From the NCBI GenBank assembly GCA_964455085.1, contig CAYVYJ010000007.1, positions 4,277 through 68,276 on the forward strand: 64,000 nucleotides of DNA. The letters are read 5' to 3'. This document shows positions 32,615-42,693 of this stretch, piece by piece. The notes beneath the pieces were generated by a model. The model was given only the letters and a program-made list of their open reading frames with translations, ran no database searches and was not told the origin of the DNA. Both the position numbers and the translations under genes were made by a program. The first letter of the stretch is position 1. Every line of letters starts with the position of its first letter. Origin of the DNA: an uncultured Planctomycetia bacterium (GTDB taxonomy: Bacteria > Omnitrophota > Gorgyraeia > Duberdicusellales > 4484-171).

Positions 32615-34195
32615 TTAGAGCTTTACTACTTTTAAGGAAACTATATTAGGATTAGCCTTAATTTGAGTTATGACCGCATCACTCACCGAATTGTCAAGAT
32701 TAAGAATGGTTAAAGCCAAAGATTTCTGGTTGCTACGGCCTAAACTCATACCGGCTATATTTATATCATGCGACCCTAATGTAGTACCTAAGAAGCCGAT
32801 GACTCCTGGCTTATCTTGGTTATTTATGACCAGCATAGATTCAGAAGGAGCAACTTCCAGATAAACATCATCAACTTTAACGAAGCGTGCCTCTTTATTA
32901 GCAAAGAGAGTTCCTTCCAGAAGCCGCTCTTCTTTATCGGTAATGACTCTTATCCTTATACAATTAACATACTCTCCTTCTTCACTTATTTTTACCTGAG
33001 TTATCTTAATACCTCTATCTTTAGCGACTTCCAAAGCATTTATATAATTAATATCATCTTCTAGCTGTTGGGAGAAGAATCCTCGGGCAAAAGCCGCGCC
33101 TAAAACATCTACCTTATAAGAAGATATTTCACCAAGATAAGATATTTTTATCTCCTTTGCGCCCCCTTTAATAAGCTGGGAGAGAAATTTGCCCATCTTC
33201 TCCGCTAAATTAAAATAAGGTCCGATAATTTTATAAGTTTCCGGGTCAAGTTGAGCATAATTAACAGCATTTCTAATGGCATTGCCCAGAAGGGCATCTT
33301 TTATGCAATGAGCAACTTCGATAGCAACGTTTACTTGAGCCTCTTCTGTAGAAGCACCCAGATGCGGGGTAACAATGAGATTGTCTAACTCTAAAAGCTG
33401 GGAATCAAGAGGTGGCTCCTGAGCATAAACATCTAAAGCCGCACCAGCAATTTTCTTTTCCTTCAATGCCTGATACAAAGCTTTCTCATCGATTATCCCT
33501 CCTCGGGCGCAATTAACGATAAAAGCGCTCGGCTTCATCTTAAGAAACTCTTCATTAGAAATCATTCCTTTAGTCTCCTCAGTAAACGGAGTATGAACGG
33601 TAATAAAATCTGACCTCTCCCATATTTCTTTGAGCTCGGCTAACTTTACTCCTGCTTTATTGGCTACATCCTCAGAGACAAAAGGATCAAAGACTAAAAC
33701 TTCCATACCAAAAGCAATTGCCCGCTTAGCTACCTCTTTACCAATCCGCCCTAATCCTACGACGCCTAAAACTTTAGAATATAATTCAGTTCCTTTAAAC
33801 TTAGATCTTTCCCACTTCTTGTTCTTGAGCGAGATGTGGGCAAAAGGAATGTTTCGGGCAACGGCCAATAGAAGAGCAAAAGTCTGCTCGCAGGTAGAAA
33901 TGGTATTGCCTCCGGGGGCATTCATAACGATTATCCCCTTCTTGGTTGCTGCTTCTATATCTACATTGTCTAAGCCAACTCCAGCCCGGCCGATAACTTT
34001 TAAATTATCAGCTTTCTCAATAATATCACTGGTAAGTTTCGTGCCACTTCTTATAACAATACCTTTATAATTACCAATTATCTTTTTAAGTTCCTCAGGG
34101 CTTAATTTATATTTACAGTCGACCTTAAATCCGGCTTTCTCTAGTATTTTTACTCCTTCTGATGATAATTTATCCGATACAATAATCTTATCCAT
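32615..34195 (-). CDS. serA: D-3-phosphoglycerate dehydrogenase with C-terminal ACT domain
   Basis: The 526-aa ORF has a 2-hydroxyacid dehydrogenase Rossmann motif (GVVGLGRIGKEVA), a catalytic His and an ACT tail. Confidence 0.9.
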   Translation of the reverse strand: MDKIIVSDKLSSEGVKILEKAGFKVDCKYKLSPEELKKIIGNYKGIVIRSGTKLTSDIIEKADNLKVIGRAGVGLDNVDIEAATKKGIIVMNAPGGNTISTCEQTFALLLAVARNIPFAHISLKNKKWERSKFKGTELYSKVLGVVGLGRIGKEVAKRAIAFGMEVLVFDPFVSEDVANKAGVKLAELKEIWERSDFITVHTPFTEETKGMISNEEFLKMKPSAFIVNCARGGIIDEKALYQALKEKKIAGAALDVYAQEPPLDSQLLELDNLIVTPHLGASTEEAQVNVAIEVAHCIKDALLGNAIRNAVNYAQLDPETYKIIGPYFNLAEKMGKFLSQLIKGGAKEIKISYLGEISSYKVDVLGAAFARGFFSQQLEDDINYINALEVAKDRGIKITQVKISEEGEYVNCIRIRVITDKEERLLEGTLFANKEARFVKVDDVYLEVAPSESMLVINNQDKPGVIGFLGTTLGSHDINIAGMSLGRSNQKSLALTILNLDNSVSDAVITQIKANPNIVSLKVVKL

Positions 34196-35321
34196 AAAGA
34201 ACCTCCTCTAACCGTACCCCTGAAGCCCCTGCTTCAAATTTATATCCTAAGTTTTCCAGCTCCCCTTCAAGAAGTGAAAAACATTCAATCAAATCTTTCT
34301 CATTTATCCAGCCCATATGGGCAATACGAAAAATTTTATCTTTAAGATCACCTTGGCCACCAGCTATACTTAGACCATGCTTCTTTCTTAAATTTTTGAC
34401 AATATCTGAAGATTTAACACCCGATGGTGAGACAATAGCTGTAACCGAATCCGAAGGGGCAGAAGAAAAAACCTCAAGGCCCAATGCCTTGACTGCTTCT
34501 TGAGTAGCTTCTGCCAGCTTAGCAAATCTCTTCTGCCTATTCTCCAATCCTTCTTTAGTTATAGCATCAATTGCTGTCTTTAACCCGACAATAAGCGATA
34601 CTGCTGGAGTATAGGGCGTATCATCCTTGGCATGACTCTTTAAGGCTTTAGTCAAATCAAAATAGTATTTAGGTAAGTCCGAGGCCGCAAGCAAGCTTTG
34701 AGCTTTTTTACTTAAGCTTAAGAAACCTAAACCCGGCGGGAGCATAAAACCTTTCTGAGATCCGCAAACTACCACATCTACCCCCCACTGGTCAGTAAGC
34801 AAAACATCTTGGCCTAAGCCGCTAATTGCATCGACCACCAAAAGTATATCTCTTTCCTTGGTAATCTTAGCGATTCGTTCAATATCGAAAACAGTTGCCG
34901 TAGAAGTCTCACAGAGAGTGGTAAGGACACCTTTTATATCTTTATTGGCATCTAAAATCTTAGCCACCTCCTCCGGTGAAGGTGCTTTTCCCCACTCTAT
35001 ACTCATCTCTACCAGACCTAAGGAGAAACTTTTAGCTATTTCGCTCCACCTTTGGCCAAATTTACCTCCGGCAATAGTTAATACCTTATCATCCCTAGAA
35101 AATAGATTGCTTACCGCAGCCTCCATCGCACCGGTCCCTGAAGAAGCAAGGATCAGTACTGGATTCTCGGTACAAAAAATTCTCTTTAATCCGCTATGGA
35201 CCTCTGAGAGAATCTTACTAAATTCAGCTGTCCGATGGTGCAAAATCTCTTCAGAAAGACTTTCCCTGACAAAAGAAGGCACAGGTGTGGGTCCTGGGGT
35301 CATTAAAAATCTACGTTCCAT
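34188..35321 (-). CDS. serC: Class V aminotransferase (phosphoserine / serine-pyruvate aminotransferase family)
   Basis: The 377-aa ORF has a PLP fold and the Lys motif (CGSQKGF). It overlaps the serA start, which suggests a serine-pathway operon. Confidence 0.7.
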   Translation of the reverse strand: MERRFLMTPGPTPVPSFVRESLSEEILHHRTAEFSKILSEVHSGLKRIFCTENPVLILASSGTGAMEAAVSNLFSRDDKVLTIAGGKFGQRWSEIAKSFSLGLVEMSIEWGKAPSPEEVAKILDANKDIKGVLTTLCETSTATVFDIERIAKITKERDILLVVDAISGLGQDVLLTDQWGVDVVVCGSQKGFMLPPGLGFLSLSKKAQSLLAASDLPKYYFDLTKALKSHAKDDTPYTPAVSLIVGLKTAIDAITKEGLENRQKRFAKLAEATQEAVKALGLEVFSSAPSDSVTAIVSPSGVKSSDIVKNLRKKHGLSIAGGQGDLKDKIFRIAHMGWINEKDLIECFSLLEGELENLGYKFEAGASGVRLEEVLYG

Positions 35322-35371
35322 CTTCTCTACTCCTTTTATTGATTAGTGAAAGCTTGGCTAAAACTAAATAA

Positions 35372-35983
35372 TTATTTCTTATTACCCTTACGCTTAGTGT
35401 TAATCAGCACCTCATCTAATATTCCGTACTCTTTGGCTTCCGGAGCGCTCATAAAAAAATCTCTATCAGTATCTACTTTTATCTTATCCAACGACTTCCC
35501 GGTATGAGCAGAAAGGATATCGTTTACTTTAGCTCGAAGCCGTAAAATCTCTTTCGTCTGTATCGAGATATCTTCTGCTGAACCTTGAACGCCACCCCAG
35601 GGCTGATGAATCATAATCCGGGAATTAGGCAGAGCAAACCTCTTATTCTTGGTTCCGGCACAAAGAAGCAAAGCCCCTAAAGACGCAGCTTGCCCCACGC
35701 AATAAGTTGCTACATCACATTTTATGAATTGCATCGTATCATATATAGCCAAACCAGCAGTAATAGCGCCACCGGGTGTATTAATATAAAGGTTAATATC
35801 TTTAGTCACTTCCTCCATCTGGAGAAATAACATTTGAGCAATAACCACATTAGCAATATTATCGTCCACAGGCGTACCGATAAAAATAATTCTATCTTTG
35901 AGCAGCCGAGAATATATATCATAGGCCCGCTCTACTCTTCCGGTTTGCTCAATAACCATAGGAACATACATTTGATTCTTCAT
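35372..35983 (-). CDS. clpP: ATP-dependent Clp protease proteolytic subunit
   Basis: The 203-aa ORF has the catalytic triad context [11 protein letters not shown] and MIHQP. Confidence 0.95.
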   Translation of the reverse strand: MKNQMYVPMVIEQTGRVERAYDIYSRLLKDRIIFIGTPVDDNIANVVIAQMLFLQMEEVTKDINLYINTPGGAITAGLAIYDTMQFIKCDVATYCVGQAASLGALLLCAGTKNKRFALPNSRIMIHQPWGGVQGSAEDISIQTKEILRLRAKVNDILSAHTGKSLDKIKVDTDRDFFMSAPEAKEYGILDEVLINTKRKGNKK

Positions 35984-35987
35984 CTTC

Positions 35988-36884
35988 CTACCCCCTTCTT
36001 TGATATTCTGCTTGGCTTAAAATTAATCCCAAAATAACATCACCCAAATTATTATCCACCTTTATACCTTCCTGCTTGGCAATCGCCTCTAAAATATAGA
36101 ATAATTTTATATCCTCTCTGGCTATCGGCTCTAACTTATCGCTTAGGTCTTTCTTGTATTTATCGATATCTTCTTGAGATGTACCCTGGTGTTGCAGCCT
36201 GGATATCTCTCTATCTATCAACTCTTGATGGTGACGGTCAACTTCACCCTTAGGCAAATCGACTTTAACTGTCTTGAGCAGCTGTGTACGAATTTGTTTA
36301 TCAATATCGGCCCGGCGCTCTCGGGACTTCTCTAAAAAAAGCTGTGCTCGTATTGTCGCCCGCAGAGACTTAAGATCCGAGAAAGATGCCCATTTAGCTA
36401 AATCTTGATCATCTAAATCCTTATTAACTACCTTCTTGATTCCTTCCTTTAAATTGGTTAACACTTTTTCAATCTCAATCTCGCCTACTTCACAATTCTT
36501 ATCCTTAATCTTTATTCCTTTGTAAGAACTTTCTTTAACTTCTATCTCAGGTCTAGTCTCAAAATCTACAGAAAATGATAGCCTATCGGCGGTGAGCTTA
36601 ATATCGTAGACATTAGGTAAACCTGCCGGCAATATTTTACTATCCTCTAAAGCCTTCCGATAGAGGCGCGGTAGAACCTCTTTTAGCAATTCATCCTTCA
36701 AGAATTTGCTGTGGTGCCGCTCAAGTATATCTAGGGGGGCACTTCCGGGCCTGAATCCGGGGACTTTAAGGCCCTCTGCTTTCTTGCTATAGACTTGGTT
36801 CTTCTCTTTTAAGAATTCTTCTCCGCTAACCTCGATTTTGATTGTACGTTTTAACTTATCTATTTTCTTTACTTCCCTATCCAT
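35988..36884 (-). CDS. tig: Trigger factor, short form without a PPIase domain
   Basis: The 298-aa ORF has the ribosome-binding signature GFRPGSAP and a C-terminal arm-like domain. It is immediately upstream of clpP. Confidence 0.7.
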   Translation of the reverse strand: MDREVKKIDKLKRTIKIEVSGEEFLKEKNQVYSKKAEGLKVPGFRPGSAPLDILERHHSKFLKDELLKEVLPRLYRKALEDSKILPAGLPNVYDIKLTADRLSFSVDFETRPEIEVKESSYKGIKIKDKNCEVGEIEIEKVLTNLKEGIKKVVNKDLDDQDLAKWASFSDLKSLRATIRAQLFLEKSRERRADIDKQIRTQLLKTVKVDLPKGEVDRHHQELIDREISRLQHQGTSQEDIDKYKKDLSDKLEPIAREDIKLFYILEAIAKQEGIKVDNNLGDVILGLILSQAEYQRRG

Positions 36885-36928
36885 TCCAGCTACTTCTCCT
36901 TTGGCTAAATTCTTTATTAGTCAAACAC

Positions 36929-37651
36929 CTACATTTTAAAATCTTTACCTAAATACACTTCCCTGGCCTCAGCATGGTTAATTAAATCATCGGAGGTCCC
37001 GGAAATTAAAATCCGCCCTTCGGAAATTAAGTAAGCACGATCAGTTATCGAAAGGGTCTCCCGTACATTATGATCAGTTACCAAAATCCCCATCCCTTTA
37101 TTCCTTAAGTCGGCAATTATCTCTTTTGCCTCTCCGACTACTATCGGATCAATTCCTGAAAAAGGCTCATCCAAAAGAAGAAAAGAAGGGTTTGTCACCA
37201 GAGCCCGAGTAATTTCCAGACGCCGGGTTTCTCCTCCACTAAGAGTATAAGCTTTACTCTTTCTCAAGTGTGAAATTTTTAACTCTTCCAGAAGTTCATC
37301 AAGACGTTTGAGACGCTCTATACGCGTAAGCGGCAAAACCTCTAAAATTGCCATAATGTTTTCTTCCACGGTAAGCTTCCTAAACACTGAGGGCTCCTGA
37401 GAAAGGTAGCCGATCCCAAACCTGGCCCGTACATGAATCGGGGTATAGGTAATATCGTGATTATCAAACATAATCTGCCCCTGATTGGGAGAAATAATTC
37501 CCACGACCATATAGAAAGTAGTAGTCTTTCCGGCTCCGTTAGGGCCAAGCAAACCTACTATTTCCCCTCGCCTGACTGAAAGAGCCACCTCTTTCACCAC
37601 TGTTTTATTACCGTAAGATTTGGTTAAGTTGTTAACTTCTAAGAGTCGCAT
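36929..37651 (-). CDS. lptB: LPS export ABC transporter ATP-binding protein
   Basis: It has Walker A GPNGAGKTT, signature LSGGE and Walker B LLLDEP. It lies downstream of kdsDC and an OstA-like gene. Confidence 0.9.
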   Translation of the reverse strand: MRLLEVNNLTKSYGNKTVVKEVALSVRRGEIVGLLGPNGAGKTTTFYMVVGIISPNQGQIMFDNHDITYTPIHVRARFGIGYLSQEPSVFRKLTVEENIMAILEVLPLTRIERLKRLDELLEELKISHLRKSKAYTLSGGETRRLEITRALVTNPSFLLLDEPFSGIDPIVVGEAKEIIADLRNKGMGILVTDHNVRETLSITDRAYLISEGRILISGTSDDLINHAEAREVYLGKDFKM

Positions 37652-38463
37652 TATTTAAAAAGGTCCATGCTTTCGCCACTATCAGGATAATAAATTACCC
37701 GTGGCCGTCCTTCAAGGACTATTCTTTGCTCCTTGCTGAAGTAACTTGCCTTCTGAGAAAAAGTCACATTATTACCGCGGACTATCTTAACATTGCCCTC
37801 AGAGATAATCTTAATTATTTCCTTACTCTCGGTATCAAAAAACAAGGTTGCCTTATCTGAGTATAATTTACCTTGAGGATTAGTGACCACGACATCTTGA
37901 TTAAAGATCGCTTTACCAGCATCGTACTCAATCTCCAGAGGACCGCTGCAGGTAGCAGTAGTAATCTCCTTGCTCTTCTTATCGGGAAGAACCACTTCTA
38001 CGTTCTTTTTAAAATTGGCTTTTTTAAGCTGGGTATCGGCAAATAACCCGTCGGCTTCTATTTGCATTGAATCTCTGACGGTCTTCACCCGATCATCAGT
38101 TTCGACAAAATTCTTAGTTCTCTGCCAATTCAAAGAATCAGTATCTAAAGTCGTGCCTTCCTTATTCTCGATGTGGACATTATCTTTAAGATAAACGTCC
38201 ATATTAATCTTGTTCAATCTTGCCTGATCAGAGGTAATTAAAATTGTATCATCTTTTGCGTAATAATTTGCCTCCATCTCATCGATGTCAATATATTCAT
38301 CATGGATTATAGCTTCCTTACCCTCTACTTCCCAATCTCGGCTGCCATCGTCTTTAAAGTTAGAGAGATAAAAATCCTTGATTTTTTGTTGCTCATAGGC
38401 CTGAATACTTCCCGGCCCCAGCAAAAACACAATAATACTTAAAATCAGACCTTTTAAAAGCAT
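37651..38463 (-). CDS. LptC/LptA (OstA-like) family LPS transport protein
   Basis: The 270-aa ORF has an N-terminal signal/anchor and OstA-like beta-jellyroll repeats. It sits between kdsC and lptB. Confidence 0.6.
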   Translation of the reverse strand: MLLKGLILSIIVFLLGPGSIQAYEQQKIKDFYLSNFKDDGSRDWEVEGKEAIIHDEYIDIDEMEANYYAKDDTILITSDQARLNKINMDVYLKDNVHIENKEGTTLDTDSLNWQRTKNFVETDDRVKTVRDSMQIEADGLFADTQLKKANFKKNVEVVLPDKKSKEITTATCSGPLEIEYDAGKAIFNQDVVVTNPQGKLYSDKATLFFDTESKEIIKIISEGNVKIVRGNNVTFSQKASYFSKEQRIVLEGRPRVIYYPDSGESMDLFK

Positions 38464-38496
38464 ACTAATATACCAAAATAAGCTTTAAAGTCAACC

Positions 38497-39075
38497 TCAG
38501 GCAGCATTCCAACCAGGGCGTTTAATAAGTCTGCGGATTCTTTTCTCTAGGTTCTTAGCTTTAAAGATTAAGTCCGCTACTTCTCTAACTGCTCCCTCTC
38601 CGCCTCGGGTTTTAGTGATATAATTTGCTACTCCTTTAACCTCTGCCGGTGCATCGGCAACTGCTACAGCTACCCCCACCTTCTCCATTACGCCGATGTC
38701 TATTAAGTCATCACCGATAAAACAAATCTCACCTTCCTTAACCTTATAATTCTTCTTGATTTTCCCTAAAACAGACTCTTTAGGCAGGACTCCGCCAATT
38801 ATTTCAGCTACCCTCATATCCTGGGCGCGTTTCTTAAGCACCGGGGAATTCTTGGCTGAAAGCAAGACAGTCTTAACCCCCATCTTACCCAAAAGTAATA
38901 CACCTAATCCATCTTTGACATTAAAAATTTTAAGTTCCCGGCCCTGATTATCATAAATAATCTCACCGCGGGTTAATACTCCATCCACATCCAAAATAAG
39001 CAGCTTTACCTTCTTGAATAATGATTTAATCGACAGACTATGAGCTGTCCCGGCACTTTTTCCTTTTTCCTTCAT
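38497..39075 (-). CDS. kdsC: 3-deoxy-D-manno-octulosonate 8-phosphate phosphatase
   Basis: It has the HAD motif LILDVDGVLT and a KdsC-like C-terminus. Confidence 0.88.
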   Translation of the reverse strand: MKEKGKSAGTAHSLSIKSLFKKVKLLILDVDGVLTRGEIIYDNQGRELKIFNVKDGLGVLLLGKMGVKTVLLSAKNSPVLKKRAQDMRVAEIIGGVLPKESVLGKIKKNYKVKEGEICFIGDDLIDIGVMEKVGVAVAVADAPAEVKGVANYITKTRGGEGAVREVADLIFKAKNLEKRIRRLIKRPGWNAA

Positions 39076-39090
39076 CCTTCTTCCTTAATA

Positions 39091-40071
39091 TTATATTATT
39101 CCAGCAGCAATCAAATCCTGAATATCAAGCATTCCCACCGGCCGATAATTCTTATCTACTACCGGAACTTCATCAATCTTCTTCCGCTCCAGAATCTTTA
39201 GCGCTTGGGAAGCTAAATCGTCGTTACAGACTACTATCGGATTTTTAGTCATAACTGTCTTAACCTTTCTTTTCAAGAGGTGCGGGTACTTCTCTAGGTT
39301 TCGCCGCAAGTCGCCATCGGTAAATATCCCGATTAGTTTCCTATTCTGATTGACAACAGTTGCTGCGCCGGCATGGGCAGTAGTTATCTTTAAAATAACC
39401 TCTTTGACTAAAGTATTTTCAGCAACAACCGGATTAAACTTACCCTTACGCATAATGTCTTTGACTTTAAGTAGTAGTTTTCTTCCTAAAGAACCCCGGG
39501 GATGGAAAAAAGCGAAGTCTTTCTCTTTAAAACCCTTTAACTTCTGCAAAACTACTGATATTGCATCGCATATTGCCAGCATAGCGGTAGTGGAAGTAGT
39601 GGGAGCCAGGCCTAAAGCACAAGCTTCCTTATCGACCTTAACATTAACTACACAATCAGCGTAACGGGCCAAACTTGAGGTAATATTACCGGTAACAGCA
39701 ATTATCTTTGCTCCTAACTTCTTTATGAAGGGGATTAAATTTTTTATCTCATCGGTCTCTCCGCTATAGGAAAGAACCACTACCAGATCATCTTCGCGCA
39801 CACTACCTAAATCACCGTGAACTGCTTCGGCAGCATGAAGCCAAAACGATGAAGAACCAGTAGAAGAAAGAGTAGCTGAAAACTTCTGACCGATAATCCC
39901 GGCCTTACCCATACCGGTAACTACAACCCTGCCACGGCAGTTAGAAATCGTATCAATTACCTTTAAAAAACTTTCGTCCAAATTACGGGCTAGGTTGCCA
40001 ATACCCTTCTTCTCAGTCTCAAGCACCTCTTTAGCCCATTTTATGACCTCTTTTTTATTAATTGCACTCAT
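39091..40071 (-). CDS. kdsD: Arabinose-5-phosphate isomerase (SIS + tandem CBS)
   Basis: It has an SIS domain (VVVTGMGKAG) and C-terminal CBS pairs. Confidence 0.9.
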   Translation of the reverse strand: MSAINKKEVIKWAKEVLETEKKGIGNLARNLDESFLKVIDTISNCRGRVVVTGMGKAGIIGQKFSATLSSTGSSSFWLHAAEAVHGDLGSVREDDLVVVLSYSGETDEIKNLIPFIKKLGAKIIAVTGNITSSLARYADCVVNVKVDKEACALGLAPTTSTTAMLAICDAISVVLQKLKGFKEKDFAFFHPRGSLGRKLLLKVKDIMRKGKFNPVVAENTLVKEVILKITTAHAGAATVVNQNRKLIGIFTDGDLRRNLEKYPHLLKRKVKTVMTKNPIVVCNDDLASQALKILERKKIDEVPVVDKNYRPVGMLDIQDLIAAGII

Positions 40072-40855
40072 TTACTGCCTCTCTTATTTTGAGAACCCTC
40101 TTAATCAGGCCTTTTAGTTTAGCTAAGGGGAAAGAGGTGTGAGGATCGGATAAAGCCATTGAAGGTTTAGGATGCACCTCCATAAACAAACCATCAACAC
40201 CGCAAGCTACTGCAGCTCGAGCCAGGGGCTCGGCAAATTCTCGATCGCCTCCAGAAACTCCCTCTTTTGCTGAAGGACGCTGTAAGGAGTGAGTAACATC
40301 ATAAATTATGGGGTAACCAAACTTCTTCATAATTAAAAAAGAACGAAAATCAACTACCAAACTATTGTAGCCAAAACAATTTCCCCGCTCAGTGATAAAA
40401 ATATTTTTATTTCCGGTTGAGACGATTTTTTCAATTATATACTTAACATCAGCCGGTGAAATAAATTGACCCTTCTTTATATTTATCGCCCTCTTAGTCT
40501 TTGACGCCTCTAAGATTAAATCAGTCTGACGACAGAGAAAGGCCGGTATCTGAATTATATCTAAAACATCCTTCGCCACCTTTATCTGTTCAACGCAATG
40601 TATATCGCTTAGGATCGGGACGCTTAGCTTCTTTTTAACTGCCTCTAATATTTTTATCCCTTTAGCTAAACCGGCCCCTCGGGGCGACCTTATCGAAGTG
40701 CGATTAGCTTTATCAAAACTGGCCTTAAAGATAAATTGTACCGGAAGAGTGGAAAATAAATCCTTGAGATAAGAAGCGATGTTTAGGGTTTCGCTCTTAT
40801 TTTCAATTGCACAAGGTCCGGCAATAAAAATTAATTCCTTCTTCTTGATCATCAC
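40058..40855 (-). CDS. kdsA: 2-dehydro-3-deoxyphosphooctonate aldolase
   Basis: The 265-aa ORF has a DAHP-synthase-I-like TIM barrel (GPCAIE, FKASFDKANR). Confidence 0.92.
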   Translation of the reverse strand: MMIKKKELIFIAGPCAIENKSETLNIASYLKDLFSTLPVQFIFKASFDKANRTSIRSPRGAGLAKGIKILEAVKKKLSVPILSDIHCVEQIKVAKDVLDIIQIPAFLCRQTDLILEASKTKRAINIKKGQFISPADVKYIIEKIVSTGNKNIFITERGNCFGYNSLVVDFRSFLIMKKFGYPIIYDVTHSLQRPSAKEGVSGGDREFAEPLARAAVACGVDGLFMEVHPKPSMALSDPHTSFPLAKLKGLIKRVLKIREAVNECN

Positions 40856-40856
40856 A

Positions 40857-41633
40857 CTATTCCTTCTCCGCTAAGATCCGCTCTACTTCTTGAAGGTCCT
40901 CTTCAGTATCTACACCGCAAGAATCAAATTTAGTTTCAATAACCTTTATCTTATATCCAGCTTCTATTGCTCTTAACTGCTCCAATTTCTCTGCCTTCTC
41001 TAAGACAGAAACAGGAAGATTTTTAAAGGTGTAAAGAAAATCCTTGGTATAAACGTATATTCCTAAATGCTTATAATAAACTTCACCTGAGGCCGCTTCA
41101 CTCTCAAGAGAATCTGGAGAACTTTCTGGCCGGCGGTAAAAGGGAATTGGGTGGCGGGAGAAATAAACCGCAAAATCTTCTCTGGTAGTTATAACCTTAA
41201 CTACGTTAGGGTTATTTACTTCCTCCCTTTTGTCTATCCGCTTTTTGACCGTAGCCATAACTAAATCGGGGTCAGCCAGCATCTCCTGAGCCAAGCGGTC
41301 GATTATTGAATGATTAATCAACGGCTCATCAGCCTGAATATTTACAACAATCTTAGCCTCGATATCCCTTACAGCCTCAGCTATCCTATCGGTTCCCGAA
41401 GAATGTTTAGGTGAAGTTAAAATGGTCTCCGCCCCAAACTTCTCAGCTTCTTTTTTTATCTGGGGATGATCACAGGCAATAATCAACTTATCCAGGCTAT
41501 GAGCCAAAGCTGCGTTTTCCCAGGTCCACTGCAAGAGGCTCTTGCCGCGAATAGAACGTAGGAGCTTATAGGAGAGGCGTGTTGATTCATACCTGGCCGG
41601 TATCACTCCAATTGTGTTAAAATTATTTTCCAT
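40857..41633 (-). CDS. kdsB: 3-deoxy-manno-octulosonate cytidylyltransferase
   Basis: It has the N-terminus IGVIPARYESTRL and a CMP-Kdo synthetase pattern. Confidence 0.92.
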   Translation of the reverse strand: MENNFNTIGVIPARYESTRLSYKLLRSIRGKSLLQWTWENAALAHSLDKLIIACDHPQIKKEAEKFGAETILTSPKHSSGTDRIAEAVRDIEAKIVVNIQADEPLINHSIIDRLAQEMLADPDLVMATVKKRIDKREEVNNPNVVKVITTREDFAVYFSRHPIPFYRRPESSPDSLESEAASGEVYYKHLGIYVYTKDFLYTFKNLPVSVLEKAEKLEQLRAIEAGYKIKVIETKFDSCGVDTEEDLQEVERILAEKE

Positions 41634-42600
41634 TGATTGCTTTATTAAGCTCTTTTTTACTTACGGTGGCTGCTCCTAATTTACCGACTACAATCCCGGC
41701 AGCTAAATTAGCAATTATTGCTGCCTCTTTATAAGTGGCCCCGGAAGCTAAGCCTAAGGTAAAAACAGAAATTACCGTATCTCCGGCTCCGCTTACGTCA
41801 AAAACCTCTAAAGCTGCTGTCGGTATACGATAGTGTTCCTTACCGGAAAATAACAACATTCCGTCCTCACCTAAAGTTATCAGAAGTGCTTTAGGGTTTA
41901 ATTTCTTCATAATTATTTTACCCAAGAAAGGTAGCTGATCTTTATTTCTTATCTTGATATTTGCTGCCGCCTGAGCTTCTTTTAAATTAGGGGTAAGAGC
42001 AGTTACGTCTTCATAATAATTAAAGTGTTCTTCTTTGGGGTCAACAGTAATTATTTTCTGCCTCTTGCGACATAAACTTACTAACTTTTCTAACAGCAAA
42101 GGATTTATTACCCCTTTACCGTAATCTTCGACAATTACCGCATCAAAACTATCCAGGCTCTTTTTAATTTTGCCAAGAATCAAGCGGTTTATATTAGCCG
42201 TAAGAAATTCCAATGATTCCCAATCAACCCTTAACATTTGCTGATGATGGGCAATTATCCGGGTCTTTAGAGTAGTTGGCCGCTGGTTATCTTTAACAAT
42301 TAAATCAGTGCAAATGCCACTATCGTTGATAAGCGAAAACAAACTTTTGCCAAAATGATCTTTACCAATGACTCCGCAAAGACTCACCCTTGCACCTAAA
42401 GCGTTAAGGTTTAATCCTACATTGGCTGCCCCGCCAGGGACAAAGTTCTCTTTGTTGGCCCAAACTACCGGAACCGGAGCTTCCGGCGAAACCCGCTCTA
42501 CACCTCCAGAAATATGATGGTCAAGGATCAAATCTCCGACCACCAGGATATTTTTACCTCTAAAACGGGAAACAATATTTTTTAGCTTCTCTTTCATCAA
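41623..42600 (-). CDS. rfaE: D-glycero-beta-D-manno-heptose-7-phosphate kinase (RfaE domain I, PfkB family)
   Basis: It has an N-terminal PfkB di-Gly motif (ILVVGDLILD) and a C-terminal DVSGAGDT. Confidence 0.85.
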   Translation of the reverse strand: MMKEKLKNIVSRFRGKNILVVGDLILDHHISGGVERVSPEAPVPVVWANKENFVPGGAANVGLNLNALGARVSLCGVIGKDHFGKSLFSLINDSGICTDLIVKDNQRPTTLKTRIIAHHQQMLRVDWESLEFLTANINRLILGKIKKSLDSFDAVIVEDYGKGVINPLLLEKLVSLCRKRQKIITVDPKEEHFNYYEDVTALTPNLKEAQAAANIKIRNKDQLPFLGKIIMKKLNPKALLITLGEDGMLLFSGKEHYRIPTAALEVFDVSGAGDTVISVFTLGLASGATYKEAAIIANLAAGIVVGKLGAATVSKKELNKAINGK

Positions 42601-42693
42601 ATTCAGCCTCTAAGCTCACCCCTTTAGACTGCCCAACATAACCAAACAATTATACCATTGTAACAAAAAAAATCTACAACAAAACTTGATAAT

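Noticed and set aside
32816-35346. Plus-strand ORFs of 82, 146 and 162 aa inside serA and serC
   Set aside because: They are antisense to strongly supported CDSs.
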